DNA of 37,177 nucleotides from Candidatus Kaiserbacteria bacterium RIFCSPHIGHO2_01_FULL_58_22 (GTDB lineage: Bacteria; Patescibacteriota; Minisyncoccia; Phycocordibacterales; UBA2100), in assembly GCA_001781445.1 (NCBI GenBank), contig MFLB01000039.1:1-37177 (forward strand), written 5' to 3'. How positions within the stretch are numbered: the first letter of the stretch is position 1; every line of letters begins with the position of its first letter. A program made the position numbers and the translations under genes. Shown here piece by piece: positions 8,197 to 17,679 of the stretch. Under the pieces are notes generated by a model, which did no database searches, was not told the origin of the DNA, and saw only the letters and a list, made by a program, of their open reading frames with translations.

Positions 8197-8202
8197 ATAC
8201 TA
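8197..8202 (-). promoter_or_regulatory. Candidate -10 box TAGTAT 6 nt upstream of the ychF ATG
   Basis: The minus strand reads TAGTAT-tggccg-ATG. Confidence 0.3.
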
Positions 8203-8227
8203 TGACAAAGTTGCGCTGGAATGAAGC

Positions 8228-8854
8228 TCATGAGGAATGAAGGAGGCGAACGACCTCGGCGTCCTCGACCTGCTCGAAGCGCGCGTAATGCGCGCCGACG
8301 GCGCCCATGAATTCCCCGGGCGGCTCGAGCACGACGACCTCGTCGGCGCCCTCGTCTGTAAGAGCGCGCGGAGATTCCGGCGGAGCGACCGGCACGGCGA
8401 CGACGATCCGCTCCGGCTTTCGCGCTTTCACCGAGCGGACGGCGAGGCGCATCGTGAGGCCCGTCGCGATGCCGTCGTCCACGATGATGACGGTTTTTCC
8501 TCCGATCTCCGCGGCTTTTCTTTCTCCGCGATACGCTCGTATCCGGCGTTCGGCCTCCGCCTTTTGCCGCTCGGTCTCCCCCAGAAGCCACGCCTGATCC
8601 ACCGCCGCCGCTTCCGCCTCGTTCAAGATCTTCGTGCCATGCTCGTCGACAGCGCCTATCGCGTATTCTGGATGAAATGGATGCCCGATCTTGCGCGGCG
8701 CAAGGATGTCGAGCGGAAGCCCCAGCGCCCGCGCGACCTCGAAGCCGACGACGACCCCGCCGCGCGGGAGCGCGAGCACGAGCGCGTTCGTGCCCCGATA
8801 CGCTTCGATTTTCCGCGCGAGCCTCCGGCCTGCTTCTTTTCTGTCCGCGAACAT
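8228..8854 (-). CDS. Phosphoribosyltransferase-family protein (predicted PRTase)
   Basis: 208 aa. Has the PRPP-binding loop KTVIIVDDGIATGLTM and an N-terminal ...ALVLALPRGGVVVG... typical of type I PRTases. Confidence 0.8.
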   Translation of the reverse strand: MFADRKEAGRRLARKIEAYRGTNALVLALPRGGVVVGFEVARALGLPLDILAPRKIGHPFHPEYAIGAVDEHGTKILNEAEAAAVDQAWLLGETERQKAEAERRIRAYRGERKAAEIGGKTVIIVDDGIATGLTMRLAVRSVKARKPERIVVAVPVAPPESPRALTDEGADEVVVLEPPGEFMGAVGAHYARFEQVEDAEVVRLLHSS

Positions 8855-8856
8855 AA

Positions 8857-9012
8857 TCAGCGCATTCGTTTTTTCTTCGGATTTCCCTTCTTTTTCTTCC
8901 GCACCGGCTGCATCATCGCCTCCTTAGCCTTTCCTTCCATGCGCGGCGGGCGCGTCAGGCGCGACACTTCCCGGATCTCCAGTTTGTTCCTTTTCGCGGA
9001 ACGCGGGCGCAT
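8857..9012 (-). CDS. Possible small, highly basic protein (51 aa)
   Basis: MRPRSAKRNKLEIREVSRLTRPPRMEGKAKEAMMQPVRKKKKGNPKKKRMR fills the gap between the PRTase and flavodoxin-like genes. No recognisable family, so it could be non-coding. Confidence 0.3.
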   Translation of the reverse strand: MRPRSAKRNKLEIREVSRLTRPPRMEGKAKEAMMQPVRKKKKGNPKKKRMR

Positions 9013-9050
9013 ATGCGTCCATTGTGTTCCCGTGCGAGGGTCTTCGCAAC

Positions 9051-9647
9051 TCACTTCCCCTTGCGGCCGAGATCGTGCGCCTTCCGGAGCCATTTCTCCC
9101 GCTTGTCGTGCGCGGGATGCTCGGCGGGTCCGAACCACGTCGTATGGACCCAGAACCCGGCGAACCACAAGATCCCCCACTTGAGCTGGGCATTGACGTT
9201 GCCCGGCAAAAAACGCACGAGCCACGGCGGCGTGCCCGAGGTGACGATGATGCGCGCGGTTTTCCCAGCATACAGGCGATGCCAGAAAATCGTGCGCTCG
9301 CCGGTCTTGGTCTTGATGTAGCGGAAGGCCGAGCCGGGCAACCACGCGCGGTCGAAAAGCCCTTTAAGGACGGCGGGCATGCCGACCCACCACACCGGAT
9401 GTATGACGACGAAGTGGTCGGCCCGGTTCACGTTGTTCTGGAATGCGACGAGGTCGGGCTCGAGCTCCTGGCGTTCGCGGTACCCTTTGTGGAGGACGGG
9501 GTCGAACCGCATCTCGCCGATGTTCATGCGCACGATGGTGTGCCCAGCCTCCTTCGCGCCCTGCGCGTAGGCGTCCGCGAGCGCGCCGCACAGGCCGCTC
9601 TTGTCGGGATGCCCGAGGAGAACGAAAATGTCTTTCTTCCCGCGCAT
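9051..9647 (-). CDS. Flavodoxin-like-fold NAD(P)H dehydrogenase (quinone) family protein
   Basis: 198 aa. IFVLLGHPDKSGLCGALADAY...ADHFVVIHPVWWVGMPAVLKGLFDRAW matches the Flavodoxin_2/NQO-type pattern. Confidence 0.8.
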   Translation of the reverse strand: MRGKKDIFVLLGHPDKSGLCGALADAYAQGAKEAGHTIVRMNIGEMRFDPVLHKGYRERQELEPDLVAFQNNVNRADHFVVIHPVWWVGMPAVLKGLFDRAWLPGSAFRYIKTKTGERTIFWHRLYAGKTARIIVTSGTPPWLVRFLPGNVNAQLKWGILWFAGFWVHTTWFGPAEHPAHDKREKWLRKAHDLGRKGK

Positions 9648-9650
9648 CGT

Positions 9651-10133
9651 TCATCCCATCGAGGTAGTATCTTCGCGCACGGCGTCGAATTCCCTTTCGT
9701 CGAACTCCCCCGCCTCGTCGCGCTTCCCCACTTTGTGCATCACGAACGCGCGCACGGTTTTCATGCTGAAATAGAACCCGGCGAGGAACGCGAGCGCGAC
9801 TACCTCGCGCAGGATGAATTGCATCCACGTGCTCTCATGGTACGAAAAAAGCGCCCACGTCTCGAAGATGACAAGCCCGACTCCCGCCGCGACCGCGCCA
9901 GCCATGAAGATCGTCCTGTTGTGCGGATTTGCGAGCGCCGCGAGAGCGACGAGAAGAAGGGCTCCCGCTATCTCGAACGGGAGTTCCGTGCGCAGGGAAT
10001 CGGCGTAGAACGGCGCGCCTATCAGAAGAAGCGCCGCCGTGGATATGAAGAGCTGGCGCACGATGTCCCCGTGATAATGGGGCACGGGTTCCGCATGGAA
10101 CTCGAGGGGAGAGAATTCATCCTTGTCCTTCAT
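9651..10133 (-). CDS. Hypothetical membrane protein (about 4 TM helices)
   Basis: 160 aa with hydrophobic stretches (LFISTAALLLIGAPF, IAGALLLVALAALA, FMAGAVAAGVGLVIF, VVALAFLAGFYF). Tightly packed between neighbouring genes on the same strand. Confidence 0.7.
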   Translation of the reverse strand: MKDKDEFSPLEFHAEPVPHYHGDIVRQLFISTAALLLIGAPFYADSLRTELPFEIAGALLLVALAALANPHNRTIFMAGAVAAGVGLVIFETWALFSYHESTWMQFILREVVALAFLAGFYFSMKTVRAFVMHKVGKRDEAGEFDEREFDAVREDTTSMG

Positions 10134-10142
10134 AAAGTGGCA

Positions 10143-10451
10143 TCAATTATCTCCCGCTCGGCGCTTCTTGGCAACTGCGATGAGCGCCTCCGGGTCGTCC
10201 CCGGCGGAGGCCTTGTTCCTGCGCGTGTGCCCGCAGAGGGCGCACCGATGCATGATGGCGTAGTCGGGGCTCGAACCCTCGAGAGCGACGGGCTCCATCA
10301 TGCCGCCGCAGGGCGCGGCCCTGTCGCCCGGATGCACGTCCACGTGCCTGCTCCAGAGGCATTTCGGGCAATGATTGGTGTAGCCGTTTCCTTGCACGCG
10401 CATTCCGCAGTGCCAACAGACGAACGCTTCTACGACCCGTTTGAACGTCAT
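10143..10451 (-). CDS. RNHCP-domain zinc-ribbon protein
   Basis: 102 aa. CWHCG...GYTNHCPKCLWSRHVD...CALCGH has Cys clusters and the RNHCP-like signature (recalled family). Confidence 0.7.
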   Translation of the reverse strand: MTFKRVVEAFVCWHCGMRVQGNGYTNHCPKCLWSRHVDVHPGDRAAPCGGMMEPVALEGSSPDYAIMHRCALCGHTRRNKASAGDDPEALIAVAKKRRAGDN

Positions 10452-10466
10452 TGGTTTTGCGCGCGC

Positions 10467-11588
10467 CTACAGCCGCCTGACGAGATCGACGAGTTTCAGG
10501 GTGATGGCCTCCATCTGCTTCAGTATCTGCTGAAAAAGCGAGCCCGACTCCCGCGCCGACTCCCGCAGATCGGGAGCCGTATACGAAGGCGCGAATGTCT
10601 CGGCGCTTCGCGTTTCCGGAGGCGCCGCGCCCTCCGCCGGCACGGGCGCGAGCTTCACGGCGGATGTCCTGATGCCGGAGACGCTGTTAGCATTGATGAC
10701 GGGGAGCGCGGGCACCTTGATCGCCGGGGTCTTCACGAGACTCGACGTGGGCGCGGAAAGCGCGTTTAGAAGGTCGCTCACGGTTTTCGACGGCGCCTGC
10801 TTCCCGGTTTCTGCGGAAACGGACTGCAAAGGCGCGAGAAGGCCCGATGCGCCGATAGACTGCGAGAGAGGCTGGTTCACGGGCGCGGATGATGCCGGAG
10901 CGGCGGATACGGGAGCGGCTGGAGATACTGGAGCAACCTGGGTCGCCGGCTGTGCTCTCACTATCGAACTGCAGGGCACTACGACGAGCGGCTCCGTGCT
11001 CACGATGCAGTTCTGCCCGGACAAGAGTCCCGCCGGCGTCGCTTGGTTGTAGATGGGCAGGTTCGCGTACGGCGCGTCGAACGTGCGGCTCGCCCACGCC
11101 TCCCTGTCTCTCGGATCGAGCGGGCCCAGCGATTGCCCTTCGATGCCGCACAAAAGGGTTACGGTCACGTCTTTTATAACACCGCTGTTGCGCCCCATGG
11201 ACCCCCCGCTCAAATACTGCATTGATTTTTCGTTGAGGTCTATGACGCGGCCCGACACCAACGGACCGTTGTCGTTGATGCGCACGACCATAGAGCGGCC
11301 GTTCGGCGCTTGGACGATCGCGTCGCATATCGCGCCGCGCCCGTATCCGCACCTGTATTGTTTCGCGATAGCCAGCTGAAGCGCGGCCTCGTATTCGTTC
11401 GGATTGTACCAGCCGCCCGTGGCAAGCGTCCCGCCGCCGGTCCGCCAGCCTGGAAGGAACGGATTGTAGGTGGACGCGTCGCCCTTGAACGACGTCTTGA
11501 CGCACGGTTCCGCCGCTGTAGTGAATTGGAAGGAAAGGAAAACCAGCGCGAGCATGGTGCCGGCGAACTGACGCGTATATTTGAGCAT
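10467..11588 (-). CDS. Secreted RlpA-like double-psi beta-barrel protein with low-complexity Pro/Ala/Ser-rich tail
   Basis: N-terminal signal/anchor (GTMLALVFLSFQFTTAAEP), then GDASTYNP...TLATGGWYNPNEYEAAL...GRSMVVRINDNGPLVSGRVIDLNEKSMQYL, the RlpA/DPBB pattern. Confidence 0.8.
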   Translation of the reverse strand: MLKYTRQFAGTMLALVFLSFQFTTAAEPCVKTSFKGDASTYNPFLPGWRTGGGTLATGGWYNPNEYEAALQLAIAKQYRCGYGRGAICDAIVQAPNGRSMVVRINDNGPLVSGRVIDLNEKSMQYLSGGSMGRNSGVIKDVTVTLLCGIEGQSLGPLDPRDREAWASRTFDAPYANLPIYNQATPAGLLSGQNCIVSTEPLVVVPCSSIVRAQPATQVAPVSPAAPVSAAPASSAPVNQPLSQSIGASGLLAPLQSVSAETGKQAPSKTVSDLLNALSAPTSSLVKTPAIKVPALPVINANSVSGIRTSAVKLAPVPAEGAAPPETRSAETFAPSYTAPDLRESARESGSLFQQILKQMEAITLKLVDLVRRL

Positions 11589-11735
11589 CCATGCCAGTAT
11601 ATAACGGACGCAAGGCGGCGCGCGAGAACCCTAGAAACCCGCACTCACGCCTTCAGGCTTCCGCGCCTGCGGAACTCGCTTCCTACACAGTCCTCCGCGG
11701 AAACCTGGCCGGCGGGAGGAGTTTTCAAACATGCT

Positions 11736-13115
11736 CTACTTCACGATGGCCGACGCCGAGCGCTCGAGCGGCGTTCCGGATGCGCTCCGGCATTGGAGGC
11801 TGAAATCCCACGCGCCGGGAGTCGTCGTCGCGCTCGTGAGTATCGTCCGGGAACCCTCGTTGCCGCGGGCGATCAGCGCGTTGGTTCCTCCGGCGCGCGC
11901 ATACACGTGGCAGGGTTCCGCGACGCTCATGCCGATCGAGGACCACGAAACGACGAGCGGATTCCCCCGCGCGACCTCCCTCGGCTGGACGACGAGCGAA
12001 GCGACGGATGCCGGCATGGGAGGAGGCATTCCCTGTGGCGAAGGCAGAAAACCGGAAACTGGTCGCGAAGAAGGCGGCTGTACGGAGGGCGGCGCGGCTC
12101 CCTGCCGCGAAAAAAGTCCGCTGAAAAGAGAAAAGATGCTCCCGAACGCGCTCACGTTCGCGAACGGGCTGGCACCGCGGTTGGAAGAACTCATGGAGTA
12201 GCCTGCATAGGCGGAGCCGGCCGGCACAGCTCCCGGCCCAAACGTGTGCGGCGCGATGCCCTCTCTCGCCGGCGGCGCGGCGGCCGCGGGGATTTTTGCG
12301 GGGTCGACATCCGCAAGCTTCTTGACGTCTGTCGGCGTCAGGTTCAGCTCCGGATACTCGCGCGCGAGCCTTTCGGCTCCTTCGGCGTCACCGGATCTTC
12401 CCGCTCGGATGATTTCCTGGACGAGAGCCGTTTTTGCGCGATCGCTTGCAATAGCGGCGGCTTTCGCCGGATCCATGCCGCCTCCCGCCAAGACCTCCCT
12501 CGTTTTTGCTTCTGGGTCGGTAAACGCAACGATAATTCCCCGAGTCACCGGAGGACCGATCGGCGGCGCGGCTGGCGAGACATCGGGCTTGAAAGCTCGC
12601 ACCGCGAGACGTATCGTATTTCTTTTCAATGGATCGGCGCTCTTATTCTCGGCGCTCGCGCTGATGTCGCCGGGAAGGGAAGGATCGCATTTTGAGCGGA
12701 CGATATCCGGGCCGCCCTGAAACGTATCCTCGTATGCAAGAGTCGGCGGAGTTTGCCCCGTACCACAGCCGTATTTTTGCAGATCGGCCACCGAACAACA
12801 GGCGCGCGTTGTTTTAATGGCGATCCGGACATAGCAACTGCTTCCGAGCTTGCAATTCGGATAGTTCGTTCGTATCGAAACCCTTTGGTCGGAACACTTT
12901 GAGAGTTGGCTGATTGCGGTATTGGGCACGCCGCTTTTTGCAGAACTGATCCAATAGTTTTTTGAATTGTCCGCACCGGCAACGGAGCCGTATGTCCGTA
13001 CCTCCGTGTAGCCTGCGGGCACGCAGTCTTTCAACGAGCCCGGCGCGGCTTTCGCTTGGGCATGCGCGGCAACAAAAACCGCCATCACGGACAATATGGC
13101 GAGACCAAACCGCAT
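11736..13115 (-). CDS. Secreted Cys-rich protein of unknown function
   Basis: Best start is MRFGLAILSVMAVFVAAHAQA (signal peptide) at 13115. Has a Cys-rich N-terminal domain, a Pro-rich linker and a beta-rich C-terminal domain. The track ORF extension to 13280 would overlap atpC. Confidence 0.7.
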   Translation of the reverse strand: MRFGLAILSVMAVFVAAHAQAKAAPGSLKDCVPAGYTEVRTYGSVAGADNSKNYWISSAKSGVPNTAISQLSKCSDQRVSIRTNYPNCKLGSSCYVRIAIKTTRACCSVADLQKYGCGTGQTPPTLAYEDTFQGGPDIVRSKCDPSLPGDISASAENKSADPLKRNTIRLAVRAFKPDVSPAAPPIGPPVTRGIIVAFTDPEAKTREVLAGGGMDPAKAAAIASDRAKTALVQEIIRAGRSGDAEGAERLAREYPELNLTPTDVKKLADVDPAKIPAAAAPPAREGIAPHTFGPGAVPAGSAYAGYSMSSSNRGASPFANVSAFGSIFSLFSGLFSRQGAAPPSVQPPSSRPVSGFLPSPQGMPPPMPASVASLVVQPREVARGNPLVVSWSSIGMSVAEPCHVYARAGGTNALIARGNEGSRTILTSATTTPGAWDFSLQCRSASGTPLERSASAIVK

Positions 13116-13188
13116 GCGCTCATTGTATCGCGCCGCGGAAGGAATGCGCCACCGGCGCCATTGAATAATGTTGAAAACCTTGCGCGTG

Positions 13189-13434
13189 CTAGAGAAGCAC
13201 GACGGCGCGGTTGCCGGAGACTTCGAGCACGCCGCTTTCGATAGGAACATCCTTCGTGCTCTCCGCGGACTCGCGGACACGGATCACCCCCTTTTTAAGG
13301 GTTGTCACGAACGGCTCGTGATGCGCGAGCACCGTCAGTTCGCCGTCGGAGCCGGGAAAGGTGGCGGAAACCGACGGGCCGTCGAAGCGCGTCTCGCCCA
13401 CCGAGGCGATAACGAGATGAAAAGTCGAAGACAT
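13189..13434 (-). CDS. atpC: F1 ATP synthase subunit epsilon, short form (beta-sandwich only)
   Basis: 81 aa. FHLVIASVGETRFDGPSVSATFPGSDGELTVLAHHEPFVTTLKKGVIRV, positioned directly after atpD. Confidence 0.85.
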   Translation of the reverse strand: MSSTFHLVIASVGETRFDGPSVSATFPGSDGELTVLAHHEPFVTTLKKGVIRVRESAESTKDVPIESGVLEVSGNRAVVLL

Positions 13435-15280
<1,846 letters not shown>

Positions 15281-15341
15281 GATGACCCGATTCTACCCGC
15301 ATTTGCTTCCCATTTCAAATGTGTGTATAGCCCGCCAGTAA

Positions 15342-15375
15342 ATACAGCTCTCGTACATATGTACGAGAACTGTAT
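15342..15375. promoter_or_regulatory. 34-bp palindrome ATACAGCTCTCGTACATATGTACGAGAACTGTAT (copy 1)
   Basis: Dyad symmetry centred on CATATG. Overlaps by 1 nt the TGA of the PaaX-like gene and lies upstream of the 116-aa ORF. 30/34 identical to the copy at 15954..15987. Confidence 0.75.
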
Positions 15376-15944
15376 CATGTCGTAATCTTGAAACGTCTTT
15401 GGAGATCCGCGGATCCGTCGACATGCGTTGCGGTTATGAACGACACATGGGGGAGAACTCCGTGGAAATTGGCGATCTCCCGCACCTCATCAGCGCATGG
15501 ATGCGGATGGATCCAAAGCGAACGCTGGTAAAAAACGAGCCCAAGGTTCTGAAGATGCCGTATGAATGGAATTCTCGCCTTAGAAAGTTCCTGAGGGATG
15601 TCGAAGGCGACAATATGCCATCTTCCATCCCATCGTTTCGGAACGGAGATTTTGAGTTCCCACAGCTTCCCTTCCTCCACAAGCCGCCTGCCTATGTCCG
15701 AAAGAGCATATCGCTCTCCGACACCGCGCACATAACCTCTGCGTCGCGCTTCATAGATCCTTCGAGTGGCCCAACGGCGATTTTTCTGCGTATCTCCCAT
15801 GGCGAGTTCTTTTAATACTCTCGCTAGCGCCCACGGGGGCGGAACGGCTCCGATCCCAACGACAAGAACCCCCACACCTATCATCTTGAGAATCCGTATC
15901 GTCTTCTCGCTCGGCCTCTGAAACTTGATCCCAGATATTCTCAT
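15375..15944 (-). CDS. PaaX-like regulator (N-terminal TM segment, winged-helix-like region, WDGRWHIVAFDIP ferredoxin-fold domain)
   Basis: 189 aa. Has a hydrophobic MIGVGVLVVGIGAVPPPWAL, a basic ...RRWATRRIYEARRRGYV... and WDGRWHIVAFDIPQELSKARIPFIRHLQNLGLVFYQRSLWIHPHP, resembling the PaaX C-terminal/Cas2-like pattern (recalled). Confidence 0.55.
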   Translation of the reverse strand: MRISGIKFQRPSEKTIRILKMIGVGVLVVGIGAVPPPWALARVLKELAMGDTQKNRRWATRRIYEARRRGYVRGVGERYALSDIGRRLVEEGKLWELKISVPKRWDGRWHIVAFDIPQELSKARIPFIRHLQNLGLVFYQRSLWIHPHPCADEVREIANFHGVLPHVSFITATHVDGSADLQRRFKITT

Positions 15945-15950
15945 ATACTC

Positions 15951-15956
15951 ATAATA
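15951..15956 (-). promoter_or_regulatory. Candidate -10 box TATTAT 6 nt upstream of the PaaX-like ATG
   Basis: The minus strand reads CTGTATTAT-gagtat-ATG. The box overlaps the end of the 34-bp palindrome. Confidence 0.4.
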
Positions 15957-15987
15957 CAGTTCTTGTACATATGTACAAGGACTGTAT
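15954..15987. promoter_or_regulatory. 34-bp palindrome ATACAGTTCTTGTACATATGTACAAGGACTGTAT (copy 2)
   Basis: Sits between the rdgB stop (1-nt overlap) and the PaaX-like start, 9 nt from the ATG. The compensatory C..G to T..A change relative to copy 1 keeps the dyad. Confidence 0.75.
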
Positions 15988-16589
15988 CACTGAAATCCTG
16001 AAAATTCCGAAAGCAGTATGGTGCGGGCTTTGGCAAGCGCGCGGCCGCGGTGGCTGACGCTATTCTTCTCTTCGACGCTTATTTCCGCGCCCGTCTTTTG
16101 CAGTTCGTCGGAAAAGAAAACGGGATCGTAGCCGAATCCCCCGCTCCCGCGCGGCTCGCGCGTGATGCGGCCGCCGTACGAGCCCTCGCAGGTGCGGATG
16201 CCGTCCGTCGCCGGGTCGTACATGGCGACCGCGGCGACAAAGCGCGCGGTGCGTTTTTTATCCGGCACATCTTCCATCTCCCGGAGCAATTTCCGGTATC
16301 GCGCCTCGTCGTTGCCTTCCGCGTAGCGGGCGGAGAGCACGCCGGGCTTGCCGCCGAGAGCTTCCACCTGAAGCCCCGAATCCTCGGCGAGCGTGAGCTT
16401 CCCCGTCCTCGTGCCGTACGTCCTCGCCTTGAGGACAGCGTTCTCTTCAAATGTCGTTCCGGTTTCCTCGACATCCGCGCCCGCCGCTACGTCCGCAAGC
16501 GTGAGGATGGCAAAGGGGATCTCTCCGAGCGCGTCGAGCATCTCGCGGAGCTTTCCCCTGTTGCGCGTCGCGATCAAAAGCTCGCGCAT
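15987..16589 (-). CDS. rdgB: dITP/XTP pyrophosphatase (RdgB/HAM1 family)
   Basis: 200 aa. LLIATRNRGKLREM..., TFEENAVLKA..., EDSGLQVEALGGKPGV.SARY, GSGGFGYDPVF and SHRGRAL are all canonical RdgB motifs. Confidence 0.92.
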   Translation of the reverse strand: MRELLIATRNRGKLREMLDALGEIPFAILTLADVAAGADVEETGTTFEENAVLKARTYGTRTGKLTLAEDSGLQVEALGGKPGVLSARYAEGNDEARYRKLLREMEDVPDKKRTARFVAAVAMYDPATDGIRTCEGSYGGRITREPRGSGGFGYDPVFFSDELQKTGAEISVEEKNSVSHRGRALAKARTILLSEFSGFQ

Positions 16590-16593
16590 ATGA

Positions 16594-16675
16594 ATAGTTC
16601 GTAGTTAGTAGATAGTAGTAAGTAGAGAGTCTATTTAATTTAACTACTAACTACAGACTACTTTCTACTAACTAG
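16594..16675. repeat. Intercistronic palindromic unit, TAGTAGT/CTACTAA subfamily (atpG|rdgB spacer)
   Basis: Arms at 16594..16625 (ATAGTTCGTAGTTAGTAGATAGTAGTAAGTAG) and 16644..16675 (CTACTAACTACAGACTACTTTCTACTAACTAG), 82 bp in total. Starts 1 nt after the atpG stop and ends 4 nt before the rdgB ATG. Confidence 0.85.
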
Positions 16676-16676
16676 T

Positions 16677-17594
16677 TCATCGCATCGCCTCGATGCCGCT
16701 CGTTATCTCGGATACCTCGCGCGTGATGGCGGCCTGGCGCACCTTGTTGAAGGTGCGCGTGAGGTCGCCCGCCATTTCCTTGGCTTTGTCGGTCGCGTTC
16801 TTCATCGCGACCATGCGGGCCGAGTGTTCGGAGGCTTTCGCTTCGAGGAGCGCGTGGAAGACCGCGATGTTCAGTAGTTTCGGAAGGAGCGCGCTCAAAA
16901 CCTCTTCGGGGCTCGGCTCGATGGTGTAGACCGCCGGCTGTTCATGTTTTTCGCCGGTTTCCGGTGCATATTTCCCTTTTGCCGGCCTGATGTGCTGTAC
17001 CATCTCCCGCATCATCTCCGCGGTTATCGGCACGATCTGGCGCACGCCCGCCTCCTGCTCGAAGGTCGAGAGAAAATTCTGATACGCGATGACGCACTCG
17101 CCGACCTCCCCGGCTTCTTTCCATTCGAGCAGTTTGTCGGTGATCATCCGCGTCTCCCCCTCGGAAACCCCGTCGCTTACGTTTTCGTGCTTGACGCGCA
17201 CCTCGTAGCCGCGCGAGGCGAAATAGTCCCCGCCGCGGCGGCCCACGGCTATCATGACGACGTCGTTCTTGGCAAGGCGTCGCCTTGCTATCTCGGCTTC
17301 GACACTGCGCACGACGGCGCTGTTGAGGGAGCCTGCCAGTCCCTTGTCGCTCGTAATGACGATTATGCAGGTCTTCCCTATCTGCTCCTTCGCGAGCGGG
17401 TGCCGCTCGGCGTCCGGCGTCCCTGCGAGACGCTCCAGCACGGAGAGGGCCGCGGCCGCGTACGCACGCCCATTCAAGGCGCGCTCCTGCGATTTCCGCA
17501 TCTTGACCGCCGAGACGGCTTCCATCGCGTGCGTTACCGTCCCCGTCTTTTTGTAGGAGACTATTTTCGTCTTGATGCTTTTGAGGGAAGCCAT
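16677..17594 (-). CDS. atpG: F1 ATP synthase subunit gamma
   Basis: 305 aa. N-terminal LKSIKTKIVSYKKTGTVTHAMEAVSAVKMRK and C-terminal ...FNKVRQAAITREVSEITSG helices are typical of gamma. Confidence 0.92.
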   Translation of the reverse strand: MASLKSIKTKIVSYKKTGTVTHAMEAVSAVKMRKSQERALNGRAYAAAALSVLERLAGTPDAERHPLAKEQIGKTCIIVITSDKGLAGSLNSAVVRSVEAEIARRRLAKNDVVMIAVGRRGGDYFASRGYEVRVKHENVSDGVSEGETRMITDKLLEWKEAGEVGECVIAYQNFLSTFEQEAGVRQIVPITAEMMREMVQHIRPAKGKYAPETGEKHEQPAVYTIEPSPEEVLSALLPKLLNIAVFHALLEAKASEHSARMVAMKNATDKAKEMAGDLTRTFNKVRQAAITREVSEITSGIEAMR

Positions 17595-17596
17595 GC

Positions 17597-17679
17597 GATA
17601 GTAGTTAGTGGTCAGTAGTCAGTAGTTAGTAGTAAAATGCATCAAGACTACTTTCTACTTTCTACTAACTATTTACTAT
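17597..17679. repeat. Intercistronic palindromic unit, TAGTAGT/CTACTAA subfamily (atpA|atpG spacer)
   Basis: Arms at 17597..17634 and 17646..17679, 83 bp in total. The right arm includes the atpA codons IVNS-TAG. The left arm ends 2 nt before the atpG ATG. Confidence 0.85.

Noticed and set aside
9024-10769. 581-aa plus-strand ORF, and similar long ORFs at 8237..9184, 11310..12695, 13516..14757, 17692..18936, 26757..27821, 27928..29475 and 29117..30109
   Set aside because: These are antisense or out-of-frame shadows of well-supported minus-strand genes in GC-rich DNA. Their translations are Arg/Ala/Gly/Pro-rich with no recognisable motifs.
13116-13280. Upstream extension of the secreted-protein ORF into atpC
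   Set aside because: It overlaps atpC and precedes an obvious signal peptide that starts at Met56.
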